A program made the translations under genes and the position numbers. A stretch of 64,000 bases of DNA, from NCBI GenBank assembly GCA_963695345.1, contig OY968769.1, forward strand, positions 2,240,001 to 2,304,000. The letters run 5' to 3'. Of the stretch, positions 1-10,902 are shown in pieces. The number at the start of each line of letters is the position of its first letter. The stretch's first letter is position 1. Source of the stretch: an uncultured Methanomassiliicoccales archaeon (lineage in GTDB: Archaea; Thermoplasmatota; Thermoplasmata; Methanomassiliicoccales; UBA472). Under the pieces are notes generated by a model, which was not told the origin of the DNA, ran no database searches, and worked only from the letters and a program-made list of their open reading frames with translations.

Positions 1-1167
1 TGTCGTTATCATTCAAGTCAATAAATGAATCAACAATCAAAGAGTGATTCTAGTTTCTATCGACGTGTTATTTATTGGCCATGAGTTCAAAGATGAATTG
101 GTATCAAAGATGGGGGGTCTGGTTAAACCCGCGGAGATGGCTATCTGGGCAACTCATAACCATTATGCCCCGCCACTCGATCCTGGCAAACCCAAATTGG
201 GGCAGTGGAGTGAGCAATATTTTCATTATGCTACCGATCTCGTTTCCAAGTTGATCATTAGATTAACACAAGAAGAGCCGAAAGAGGGGTACCTTAGTTA
301 CGGCTACTCTCAAAACGATAGATTGACGATCAACCGTAGGAAAAAAGGATTGTATCTCGAGAGAAAATCTCCAATTTTCAGGCCCCATTGGGGCATGCTA
401 ATGTTGCCAAATGAACGCAAATATCGGAATGGCAAAATATCCACGATATCGATCCGCGACGTTCAGGGAAAACAATTGGCGTTGATATGGAATTTTGCTT
501 GTCATCCAGTGAGTTCGCCTGGAAAGAATGACGTGAGGTCTGATTATCCAGGCGAGATCAGGAGATTGCTGAGAACTCAAACCCATTCCGAAATCCCGGT
601 CGTCTTTCTCCAAGGGTTTAGTGGAGATCTAAAACCTCCATCGTTCGAAAAAGTTCCTAGGAACAGTGGATTCAAGAGAAAAATATCCTATCACATGATG
701 AATATCATTAATGGCAAAAGCTTCAGTCATTTCGACGAACAAGAATGGCCTGGATATATCACATCAATATGGGATGCGACAAAGGCTGCTTCAGATAGAT
801 TCCAATCAAGTGAAGTTAGAGCCCGTCTTGGAGTTGAAATCGAAAGAAGTTCCCCTAAGCAAACTTGGACTAACAAGTGAAAAGAACTTGAAATTGACTT
901 CCATTAAAATTGGTGCTGTACGAATTATTGCATTCTCAGCTGAACCAGTTGCAGAATGGGGTCCAATAGTAGATCAGGCATTCCCGGGCGAAATACTGGT
1001 TACCACTGGTTGTTTTGAGGACGTTGGATGTTATCTGCCAGTGGAGGACATGATTAAACGAAGGCGGTTATGAGGTTGTTGAATTCCAGGATAGATTCAA
1101 CATCTCTGGCCACTTCAAGCATGGCATGGAACAAGAGATAACCACTTCGCTACATGAATTGAAATGA
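1..1167 (+). CDS. Neutral/alkaline ceramidase-like hydrolase (5' partial, frameshifted across ORFs 44..880, 711..1073 and a third frame ending TGA 1167)
   Basis: Motifs ATHNHYAP (cf. ATHTHSGP), NRR, NFACHP, VFLQGFSGD; later frames give SAEP, CYLP and EGGYE. Confidence 0.65.
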
Positions 1168-1359
1168 TGGGATAATGCACTTCCATCAGGGGCAATACGG
1201 GCGAGCCGACCGATGCCAACTTTCAGCGAAAGAAATACAATCTCGGCCATGGGCAGAAGCTTAGCCACCACATTGGGAGATCACTGACAGGATGATGCCT
1301 GCACCTTGAGTTGACAGAAAAGAAGTCAAAGTGGCTTGGAATTCTTGATCCAACCCCTT

Positions 1360-1911
1360 TCAAAGTTCAATATCTTGATGCTCGTGATTCTCATTCTTCC
1401 TTTCGAATCCGAGTTTCAAAATTGCCTTCTGCGACGCCTCATTACCAGAATCGGCTGTGATCAGGATACTATCAAATGATGGCCCGTATTCCTCACAGAT
1501 CATTCTTAAGGCCTTAGTGTAGATTCCTCTTCCGCGATAATATTTCGATGTTCTGCAATGAAATATCATTCCGTAATTGCCTTTTCTTTCAATTAATTTC
1601 ATATTATTATACGGAATGTATTTGCTTAGGTCACAGAAGCAGTATACCCCTACGATTTCCTCATTTACGACTGCAAAATTAATTATCGCGCCATGATCTT
1701 TGTGCTTCAGGGCGATGTTCAATGATTTGACAATGTCATTGCTCACTTTTTTATTTTCAATATCGGTTTGAAAAGATATTTCACTGTTTGGAATCCTATC
1801 GGTGTTATTTGAAGTGGTTTTCATTGATATTGGAGAAATACCACTATCGATTCTATTATGATAGAATACATCAATCATTCTGAAATCGACTACCGTTCTG
1901 ATAAAATTCAT
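1360..1911 (-). CDS. GNAT-family N-acetyltransferase
   Basis: Acetyl-CoA motif YRGRGIYTKAL and NEASQKAILKLGF; both termini uncertain. Confidence 0.8.
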   Translation of the reverse strand: MNFIRTVVDFRMIDVFYHNRIDSGISPISMKTTSNNTDRIPNSEISFQTDIENKKVSNDIVKSLNIALKHKDHGAIINFAVVNEEIVGVYCFCDLSKYIPYNNMKLIERKGNYGMIFHCRTSKYYRGRGIYTKALRMICEEYGPSFDSILITADSGNEASQKAILKLGFERKNENHEHQDIEL

Positions 1912-2156
1912 AACCTGGCCGAATAACAGACCTTATTGATTAAAAAGCTTTTTAAAAAACGCCATCTTCATTTTCAAGCGAGATATCATGCTCAAATAAA
2001 CATTCAAATTCGTTGTTGGCAGAAAGAAACCAAAACTAATTAACAATTGATAATATTTATGGTCCAAACAAAAGAGAAGGTGAAAAACTATCAGTGAATG
2101 ACCGCAGATAGGTCCGGATCACGCCAACCAGACATTCCTTTCCTAATGATCTTGGA

Positions 2157-2509
2157 GGTCATCGTTTAGACATCAGAATTTAGGTCCCTCCCTTCTCAGG
2201 GCTTGAACCATCCGGCGACCATCTATTCCCACTCAATTGCATCCACGATTCACCGTTCGGTTCTGCCTAACGAATAGGGCGTGAGACCTACCCGGGAAAC
2301 GGTGTCCAGCCGATTCTGGACGGTATCAATTCTGATAGCCGGGACTAAACGTTTGACTACAATAGAGGGGTTGTCTTCTTACCTGCGAACATGCAAGCCC
2401 CTGCCGTTAGGTATTAGAATGACGACCCTGACCTTAGTTAGTGATCCTTGGCCCGATCGCAGCGCCGACCGAAGCCAAGGAAACAGTATCCGTCACCATT
2501 TGGATATTG
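2157..2509 (+). ncRNA. Candidate structured leader/ncRNA upstream of beta-helix surface protein 1
   Basis: Nested complementary segments: cgtttag 2163-69/ctaaacg 2345-51, taggtc 2181-86/gaccta 2285-90, cccgg 2291-95/ccggg 2339-43, gtccag/ctggac 2304-21, tatca/tgata 2324-37, aggggttg/caagcccct 2366-2402, tccttggc/gccaagga 2445-81, cagtatcc/ggatattg 2484-2509. Confidence 0.5.
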
Positions 2510-2572
2510 ACACCTTGGTCACCTTTTCATCGATTTCATATTTCTTAGGATATAAGGAAAGGGGGCGCGGTC

Positions 2573-5500
2573 GTGAAGCTTAGAACCTGCCTTCTGATGT
2601 TCATCGTCATCGGATTGATGTTCCCCGGCATCACCGTCACGGCGGACGATGCCGTCGCCGCCGGGACCTATGATTATAAGGTCTCATCGAACGTCGTTCT
2701 TGATTCAGGAGGAAGCGCCGTCTATACTGCTGCCTCCTTCACCGCCGCTTTGAACTGGGCGTTGACCCATGTGAACACCAGGACCTACGTTCCGGCCGGG
2801 ACGTACACGCTCACGGCCCACGTCTACTTCGGTACGGGAACCACCCTTTTCGGCGATGGGGATTCGACCGTCTTCACCGCGACCGCCTCCCGCTTCTTCT
2901 ATATCAAAGGGGTCTCTGACGTCACCTTATCATCCTTCAAGTTCACCGGCCACCTGCAGGTGTACGGGTATAAGGCCGGGGGCACCTGCGGGGACTGGAC
3001 CTTCACCGACGTTCACGCCACACAATTGACCGGGGACATGGAATCGGGTTTCTGGATGTACGTCGGGACGAATGGCATAATCGACGGCATCACCTTCACA
3101 CGTTGCTCCGTTACTTATTCCCAGACCTACGGATTCCTGCTGTTCGGCGATGACAATAGTTATTCGGGTAACAGCCTGATCAAGAACGTGGCCTTCACCG
3201 ATTGCGATGCCAGCCACAACGGCGGCGACAACATCGGCTGGATCAACGCCTGGATCACCGGATACGATCTGGTCGAGTGCACCACCGTGGAGAACATCGT
3301 ATTGACGAGATGCACGGCGACCTATAACTGGTGCTCCGGGTTCCACGTCGAGTACGGGGCGAAACCGAAGAACATCGTGCTGATCGATTGCGTCACCAGC
3401 TACAACGGGCAGAAGCCCAACTGCGAACAGTACTACGGCTACGGGTTCAAGTTCCAGAACTTCCAGGTACCGGGGGTCACTTGCACCAACCTTGTCGGAA
3501 CCGGCAATCACGAGGGGTTCACGCCGATCTCGATGACTGCGTCAAGCCTGAACATGAAGACCTGGGTCAACACCGTCAGCGGCAGGGCGTCGTCCGGATC
3601 ATGGTATCCGGCCGGAGCCCCGGGGCGAGCACGGACCTCATCTTCACGAAGCTGGGCTCGAACGCTAACTGCGTGATCGATACCTACTACAAGTCAGTGA
3701 AGCTCCTCTACTACTATGGCGGAACCATCACCTATGCCACACCGTCATCGGGCACGGTGTCATCGGCACCGACCAACCTGGCCTCGACTTTGACTGCGGG
3801 AAAGGTCGCCCTGACCTGGAGCGCACCGGCCAGCAACGGCGGGTCGGCGATAACCTCGTATAATATTTACCGGGGCACCTCCGCCGGAGGGGAATCGGCC
3901 ACGGCGATAGGCACCAGCACCTCCCTGGCATACACCGACTCGAACGTCGTTGCAGGAACGACCTACTACTACGTGGTAAAGGCGGTCAACTCCGTCGGTA
4001 CCTCGGCCGCCAGTAACGAGGCGTCCCGCTCGGTCCCGGGAACGGTGCCGTCGGCACCGACCAACCTGGCCTCGACATTGTCCGCGGGTAAGGTCTCGTT
4101 GACATGGACCGCTCCGGCCTCGAGCGGCAGCAGTCCCGTGACCGGATATGTGATCTATCGCGGCACCAGTTCCGCCTTAACCGACCAGGTCTCGATCGGT
4201 TCGTCGATCACGACCAGCTATCTCGATACCGCGTCATTGATCGGTACCTACTATTACACCGTCAAGGCTGTAAGTTCGGTCGGTTCCTCGCCCGCCAGCG
4301 CATCGATCTCTATGACGGTTGAAGTACCAAGCACCGTCCCAGGGACGGTCAGCGGAGTTAACGCGGTCGGTTCCATCGGACAGGTTACGTTGAATTGGAT
4401 AGCACCATCCAACGGCGGGTCGGCAATAACAGGCTACAAGTTGTATCGGTCCACCGTTTCCGGTTCCGAAACACTGGTGGCAACTCTCGGAGCTGTCCAT
4501 ACCTATGCCGATACCGGTCTCATCAACGGCGGGACGTATTACTATAGAATATCGGCGGTCAACGCCATTGGGGAAGGTCCATTGAGCTCAGAGGTGACGG
4601 TTACCGTTTCCGCTCTGCCTTCATTCATCTCCGTGCCCGAGAATGAACTGACCGTGGGGTCCGTATACTCATACCAAGCTCTGGCGTCCGGTCAAGGAAT
4701 GACCTATTACCTTTCATCGAATGCCACGTTCCTGTCGATCGATTCCGGCTCGGGGACTATCTCCGGCACGGCGGACATGAGGCACGCTTCTTATTATGTT
4801 CATATCACAGCCACTGGTTCCAGCGGCGCGGCATGGCAGAACTATACCCTGTTCGTCAACGAGACGATGCCGCAGATCCTGACGACGGACATATCCTCAG
4901 GGAGTGATCGGAGAGGATTACTCTTACCTCATCGTAGCATCGGGAAGTAACCTTACCTTTTCCATGGATACTAATGCCACGTTCCTGACCATTGACCCGA
5001 TGACAGGCGAGATAACCGGGTCCCCGACGTCATCCGGTTCCTGGCCATTGAGCGTGACCGCTTCAAATTCAGCCGGAAACGATGTTCATACCTATTCGTT
5101 CAACGTGGTCGAAGGCTCACCCGCGTTCATTTCGGTTCCTGTACTTAACGCGACAAATGGAATATGTGTATTCATACGTCCCGGACACCTATTGGAAAGC
5201 GGCATCATACTCGATGACGACGAATGCCACGTTCTTGGTCATTGACAGCGTCCAAGGGATAGTATCGGGCATTCCGGACAGAGCTGGCGACTATGCTGTG
5301 AACATTACCGCGACGAATTCCTACGGGTCAGCTGTTCAATCCTATGTATTGCATGTGGAGGAGGCGATCCCGGTCGAACCGGTAACTCCCGATGAGGACG
5401 ATCCCGTCATCGTGTTCTCACCTCCCTCGTTCATCTCCGTCCCGTTAAGAGAGCTTGGCGCCGGAACTGACTACTCCTACCTTGCATTCGCCTACGGTCA

Positions 5501-6113
5501 AGGGCTGACCTATTCCCTTTCATCGAACGCTACCTTCCTTTCGATCGATGCCAATTCGGGATACATATCCGGTACTGCGGATAGCGAGCGTGCTTCCTAC
5601 TACCTGATCATCTCGGCTTCTAATTCCAGCGGCACCGCATGGCAGAATTTCACACTGTTCGTTAACGTGACGATACCGCTGATAGTGACCATGGACATTC
5701 CTGAGGTATTGATCGGCGATGACTTTTCCTGCGTTCTTGAGGCGAATTGTAGAGGTCTTGCATTCTCGATGTCGACAAATGCCCCGTTCCTGACGATCGA
5801 CACCGTGCAGGGCGTGATATCCGGTACGCCGGAGAAGGCCGGCGACTACATTGTCAATGTGACGGCGACGAACTCCAACGGGTCCACGATGCGGTCGTTC
5901 GTGCTGAAGGTCATGGACAACGTAATGAACTTCACGTCGGGGACCATCATCTCTACATCGTCGATCATTGGACCCATTGAGAATGGGGATGGAGTGGATT
6001 CGGTCTCATCAACCATCATGCATAAGGTCCTCATCGTAAGCGGTTTGGGGCTTGTGTTATTCGCCATGGTGATGGCTGTCAAGAGGACCTTGAAGGATTC
6101 CAGGAAGTGGTGA
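2573..6113 (+). CDS. Large surface protein: signal peptide, right-handed beta-helix (pectin-lyase-like), 3x FN3, about 5x He_PIG/cadherin-like Ig repeats, C-terminal TM anchor (one gene split by frameshifts)
   Basis: ORFs 2573..3676, 3331..4950, 4904..5245 and 5082..6113 join into one architecture; FN3 LTWSAPASNGGSAITSYNIYR; Ig repeats NATFLSIDSGSGTISGT; hydrophobic C-terminus followed by KRTLKDSRKW. Confidence 0.85.
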
Positions 6114-6159
6114 ACGGAATTCAATTGCTGGCCATACATGCTCTGGACGCAATGCTTAT

Positions 6160-6205
6160 TAGAAGCAAATAAGAATAAAGAATAAAAGAGGCCGTCCCCG
6201 GCCTC
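6160..6205 (-). terminator. Hairpin plus T-rich tract downstream of the 6247..6813 gene
   Basis: Perfect stem GAGGCCG-tccc-CGGCCTC at 6188-6205, followed on the minus strand by TTTTATTCTTTATTCTTATTT. Confidence 0.65.
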
Positions 6206-6246
6206 GGATTGTTGGGATTTACGGCTGGTTTCTATGACCTTGTAGA

Positions 6247-6813
6247 TTATGCGGCAGCACCAACAGCGGAGACAGTCAATAGGTAGGCTCCAGTTGAATG
6301 GTATGTTATTTCCACAAAGAAGTGGGCTGTCTGTCCAGGGACGACGTCTACAGGCGGTGTCGTTGTTATCGTCCCAACTCCTCCAGCATCTGCGGCACCT
6401 GCATGGGACGGATACGAACTCAATGTATCGAATTGCACATCCAAGAACGAAAGGCCATTGTAATAGATGTCGATGTCCACATCTCCTTGCGTCAATTCGT
6501 AGTTCGCCGATGACTTAGTGATGGTAAAGGTCGGCGTAACTTCCTTGTATGCGGCAGAAGACTCTAGCACGACCTCCATCCCATAATGCTTCCCAACGAT
6601 CAAATTGTCTGTAGCCGGGTAGGCAATTCTTCCACCATCGGTCCAATCATTCTCAGTAACAGTTATGCCGGTGGAATCGTTAACAACCCAATTGTTCCTC
6701 ACCGTTTGCGGTTGCAGAATAGTTGTCATAACAACTGCGCCGACAAGAGCGCTAACTGTTAAGATTATTCCAATTATCGCTAATGGCGACAAGGCTTTGC
6801 CTAATATTTTCAT
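6247..6813 (-). CDS. Small secreted protein, candidate pilin or fibre subunit
   Basis: Probable start MKILGKALSPLAIIGIILTVSALVGA; K-A-L-S-P resembles a class III signal cleavage site; beta-rich mature part; purine-rich RBS upstream. Confidence 0.6.
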   Translation of the reverse strand: MKILGKALSPLAIIGIILTVSALVGAVVMTTILQPQTVRNNWVVNDSTGITVTENDWTDGGRIAYPATDNLIVGKHYGMEVVLESSAAYKEVTPTFTITKSSANYELTQGDVDIDIYYNGLSFLDVQFDTLSSYPSHAGAADAGGVGTITTTPPVDVVPGQTAHFFVEITYHSTGAYLLTVSAVGAAA

Positions 6814-7015
6814 TTGTTTCGTATTTACCAATCTCCCCCGCCCTCCTCCTCAGAAAGACGTAATTATTGGACTACTTATGCACTATATATTCATTATTAT
6901 AACTAATAACGGTACGATAATACTGAATATAATTGAGTCTAAAGTAATATATTCTATAATAGATAATAAGATGATACCATATCGTTTACCACGAAACTAT
7001 CTGCTGTTAGACACC

Positions 7016-7354
7016 TTAGGTGGGTGGTTTAGGGAACAGGTCTGTTTTTAATGCCTTATCGAGCTCGGCGACCTTCTTCGTGATCTCAATCAGGTATGAC
7101 TCCCTTCCCTGTTCGAATCGGTATACCTTGCGAAACATCTCGATGACGTCAAGCGGGGAGAGCCGGGCGGTCAGCCCGGCCTCCCGGACGCGCTGCTCTA
7201 GTCCGGTGTAAGCCTACAGGGTGAGGAACGAGACGAAGACGCGGCCGAAGGCCGCCTCATCATCCTGGGGGTAGGTGCGGGGGGCATTGGGGTCGGTCTT
7301 GTGAGTGTCGAATAGCTTCTCAACCGCGTCCCTCTGCTTGTGGAGGCGATAGAT
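7016..7354 (-). mobile_element. IS1634/IS4-like DDE transposase C-terminal remnant with in-frame TAG
   Basis: Manual translation IYRLHKQRDAVEKLFDTHK...GRVFVSFLTL*AYTGLEQRVREAGL...DLFPKPPT*; YxxRxxxE-like (YREK-type) motif; GC-rich patch in AT-rich context. Confidence 0.75.
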
Positions 7355-7487
7355 GTTTCCGGGTGTCCAATACCTTCGAGAAATGATCGGTTTCGATATC
7401 GGACTATTGACTAACCTACCGAGTTAAAGTTAATTTGGTCAACTGTCACCAATATGGCAATTTCGGAAATCATCGGACTGGAAACCA

Positions 7488-8519
7488 CTACTGGTCCCGG
7501 TAGGCTGGGAAAAAGTTGGCATCTCTTAAGTTGCCGCCGTTTCCATATGCATACTTGTTATATTTCTCACTGTCATAAATATGCTTTAAAATATTAAATT
7601 GCAGTTCTTTCTTTGAGAAGGTTCGCTTGAACTCTATCAGACCGGGCCTCGAGGAGATCCCCCCTCCAAGATTCAACGCACGGCATCCTCTCTCTTTGTA
7701 GTAATTTGCCATGTCAAATATGAGCTTGTTATTCATCCCAACCCCATTGGAAAGATCACTTCCAGCCAAAAAGTAGGTAGAGATTCCGGAATACTCCAAT
7801 CCAATGACTCCGGATACCATTCTTTCACCATGGCAACATTGCAGCAATTGAGCTCCCTTGATCCTTGACAGTGAGTCAATGAACTTGTGGGAGAACATGT
7901 ATTTCGATTCCGCCTCGGTCCTGATCATAGTGTCGGAGTACAGTTTGAAAAAAACAGATACCTCGTCATTTGACTTGCCCGTGCGGAATTCCATTCCATT
8001 CTTATTAGCGAGTCTGACAAATCTTCTGCATTGCCCACCCATATCCTTCTTCCAGTCGTGTCCCTCCGAAAGATTCATCACGACGATACTCCCAGCCTTC
8101 TCCGAAGGAGCGTAAGGCATTCCTTGAAGATATGCAAGCATCGGATGCATACGAAAAAATCCCGAAACACATCCCGAATCGATCATAGATGATGTGAACA
8201 TCTGACCAAAAAGGGTCCATGTGTTTTCATCCGATGGCCGATTCGACAGCGGTCCCGCATATCCATAGGGGGATACGATATCGAATTCATCAGTTTCAGC
8301 CAGATGTATCCTGCGTACAATGAATGGATTGACAATAGTGACATCATTATGATGAAACACGGCAAGTTTCGGAATCCCGAACATCGGGTTTTTACTATCA
8401 GGTTCATGGAAGCAATTGCAGTAATCGTAAGAAAATGAGAAATCGAACGATGGGAGCTCTCTGATCGCTTCCTCCCATTTTCGTTTATTCTCAATGTCAA
8501 CGATCTCGAAATCAACCAT
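7488..8519 (-). CDS. FemAB-like/GNAT-fold acyl- or aminoacyl-transferase, copy A
   Basis: DIVSPYGYAGP, FFRMHP, FFKLYSDTMIR, LNLGGG, LIEFKRTFS and FFPAYR are typical of this glycan-locus family. Confidence 0.8.
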   Translation of the reverse strand: MVDFEIVDIENKRKWEEAIRELPSFDFSFSYDYCNCFHEPDSKNPMFGIPKLAVFHHNDVTIVNPFIVRRIHLAETDEFDIVSPYGYAGPLSNRPSDENTWTLFGQMFTSSMIDSGCVSGFFRMHPMLAYLQGMPYAPSEKAGSIVVMNLSEGHDWKKDMGGQCRRFVRLANKNGMEFRTGKSNDEVSVFFKLYSDTMIRTEAESKYMFSHKFIDSLSRIKGAQLLQCCHGERMVSGVIGLEYSGISTYFLAGSDLSNGVGMNNKLIFDMANYYKERGCRALNLGGGISSRPGLIEFKRTFSKKELQFNILKHIYDSEKYNKYAYGNGGNLRDANFFPAYRDQ

Positions 8520-8542
8520 TCCAAAAAACTATTAGAGGTTCG

Positions 8543-8563
8543 GTTTAAAAATTGTTTGCAGTC
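8543..8563 (-). promoter_or_regulatory. Archaeal BRE/TATA-like promoter, conserved at 10776-10796
   Basis: Minus strand gactgcaaacaatttttaaac, about 25-45 nt upstream of the ATG in both paralogs. Confidence 0.55.
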
Positions 8564-8655
8564 CACGGCTCAATGACACGATTCAGTCAATATCCCAAAG
8601 GAGCAAGTTGATAATCTAATAATATCCTGAATGTTAGAATTGGATTGAATAAGGC

Positions 8656-9628
8656 ATGACAGATTCTCTCCATCCTAAAGTCAGTGTGATAATCTCTTGC
8701 TACAAGGGGGAAAGATACTTAGAAAAATTTCTGGATAAGATCGTAGAGCAGACATGGTTCGACAAGATCGAGTTCATCATGGATCATAATTGCCCTTCTC
8801 AAAAGGAGCTGCAGATCATCAAAGATTTTACCTCGGAACATCCTGGACGGCTAAAGCACTTCGTTAGAGAACAAGTGGTCCCCTATGGTGCTTCCTGGAA
8901 TAAATGTATCATAGAATCGTCCGCCGATATCATCGCCAATTGGAATGTTGACGATGTCAGAACCAGGGATTCCATTGAGATCCAGGCAAGACCGATCTTG
9001 GAGGATGAAGCCGATCTTGTTTTTGGGGATTATACAAAGGTCAACCATTTCGGCTCGGAGATCGGAGAAAGAATATCGGTTTCTCAAATTGACCCATACT
9101 ATTACTCGAGAAAGTTTTGCTTCGGTCCTTTCTTAATGTTCAACAAAAATATATGCAAAAAGATAGGTTATTTCGACGAACAATTGAGATCTGGTTCAGA
9201 TTTTGATTTTGGTATCCGGGCCGCCTTATTCTCGAGGATCAAAGTCGATCAACATGACCCTTGGTTATTTCTTGGATGAAAGGAAGGGACTGAGCACAAG
9301 GCCTGACAGCAAGAAGATGATAGAGGATACCGTCATCGGTCTTAGATACGGCAACTATGACGGCCTGTTCTATCACAAAATACCAGAGGCCCTGCGATAT
9401 GACATTACTTCGATAAGATATCTCGATAAGTGTATTCCATTGAAGGATATCATCCCAAATTATGAAATGCTGGTCAAGAAAAGGAAAATGGAATCCATCC
9501 TGAAAGGCCCCAAGTCCTTCATCCTATTGGGACTGGATCAATTTAAGACAACGACATTCATCATAACGCTCAGACATGATAGGCGATCCGCCAGGTCGAT
9601 CCGGAAATGGGGTTCAAAGCCATCATAG
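8656..9628 (+). CDS. GT2 glycosyltransferase, copy A (frameshift near 9245)
   Basis: KVSVIISCYKGERYL, WNVDD, GYFDEQLRSGSDFDF. Confidence 0.85.
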
Positions 9629-9718
9629 TCAATCAGTCTGACAGATGAACCAGTCGACCTATCTTAGATCAACTCGTCACCAACATGGCAATTTCGGTAT
9701 CGAGGGGACTGGAAACCG

Positions 9719-10749
9719 CTACTGGTCCCGGTAGGCTGGGAAAAAGTTGGCATCTCTTACGCTGCCGCCGTTCCCAGATGCGTACTTGTTGTATTTCTCA
9801 CTGTCATATATCTGCTTTGAAATATTGAATTGCAGTACGTTCTTTGAGAACGTTTTCTTGAATCTCTTTAGACCTGGCCTCGTGGAGATCCCCCTCCAAG
9901 ATTCAACGCATGGCATCCCCTTTGTTTATAGTAATTTGCCGTGTCAAAAATGAGCTTGTTATTCACCCCAACTTCGTTGGAAATGTCACTTCCAGTCAAG
10001 AAGTAGGTGGAGATACCGGTAAACTCAAGACCAATCGCTCCGGATATCATTTTGTCTCCATGGTAACATTGCAGCAATTGTGCCTCATTGATCTTCAACA
10101 GTGAATCGATGAACTTGTGGGAGAATCGATATTTCGATTCCGCCTCGGTCCTGATCATTGTGTCTGAATACAGTCTGAAAAATTCGGATACCTCATCATT
10201 TGACTTGCCCGTGCGGAATTCCAATCCATTCTCATTTGCCATCCTGATATGTACTCTGCATTGCCTATCTAGGTCCTTCTGCCAATCATGTCCTTCCGCG
10301 AGATTCATCACGACGATCTCCCCGGCCTTTTGCGAAGACATATACTGCATACCCTGAAGATCTGCGAGGAACGGATGCATTCGGAAAAAGCCCGAAACAT
10401 ACTCTGAATCGATCATGGATGAAGTGAACATCTGACCGAAAAGGGTCCAAGTAGATTCATCCGCTGGCATGTTGGAAAGCGGGCCAGCATACCCATATGG
10501 TGATATTATATCATAGTCGTCATTTTCGGCCAGGGGAATCTTCCGAACAATGAACGGATCGATTATCGTTACCTCCTTGTTACGAAACACCGCCAGTTTC
10601 GGATTCCCGAACATGGGGTTTTCACTTTCAGGATTATTGAAGCAATTGCAGTAATCATGAGAAAACGAGAAATCGAATACCGGGAACTCTCCTAGCACTT
10701 CCTCCCATTCTCGTTTGTTTTCGATCCCAATTATCTCGAAATCAACCAT
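9719..10749 (-). CDS. FemAB-like/GNAT-fold transferase, copy B (frameshift near 9880)
   Basis: Close paralog of 7488..8519; C-terminus lies in ORF 9719..9916. Confidence 0.8.
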
Positions 10750-10902
10750 TTTCGCCTGACCTGTTATGAAGTTGAGTTTAAAAATGGTTTGTAGTCAGAT
10801 ATGAAATAAGTTATTCTCAAATTAGGAATTGATGAGCGGCGATGATACGTACGTTTCAGTGACTGGTCTATGTCCATTCTCCAACGACACATCGGTCTCA
10901 TT

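Larger units (their letters stand above)
7441..10796. repeat. Direct duplication (about 7441-8563 and 9671-10796) of the FemAB-like gene with its promoter and 3' flank
   Basis: Near-identical 3' flanks (gtcaccaa[t/c]atggcaatttcgg...ggactggaaacc) and 5' motif gtttaaaaat[t/g]gtttg[c/t]agtc. Confidence 0.85.

Noticed and set aside
2281-2583. 100-aa ORF upstream of the surface protein, and small ORFs at 32245-32771
   Set aside because: No motifs or RBS, atypical composition; better explained as structured non-coding sequence
7460-7490. Amber readthrough extension of the FemAB-like paralogs (conserved 3' flank)
   Set aside because: The two extensions differ in frame and length, so conservation reflects recent duplication
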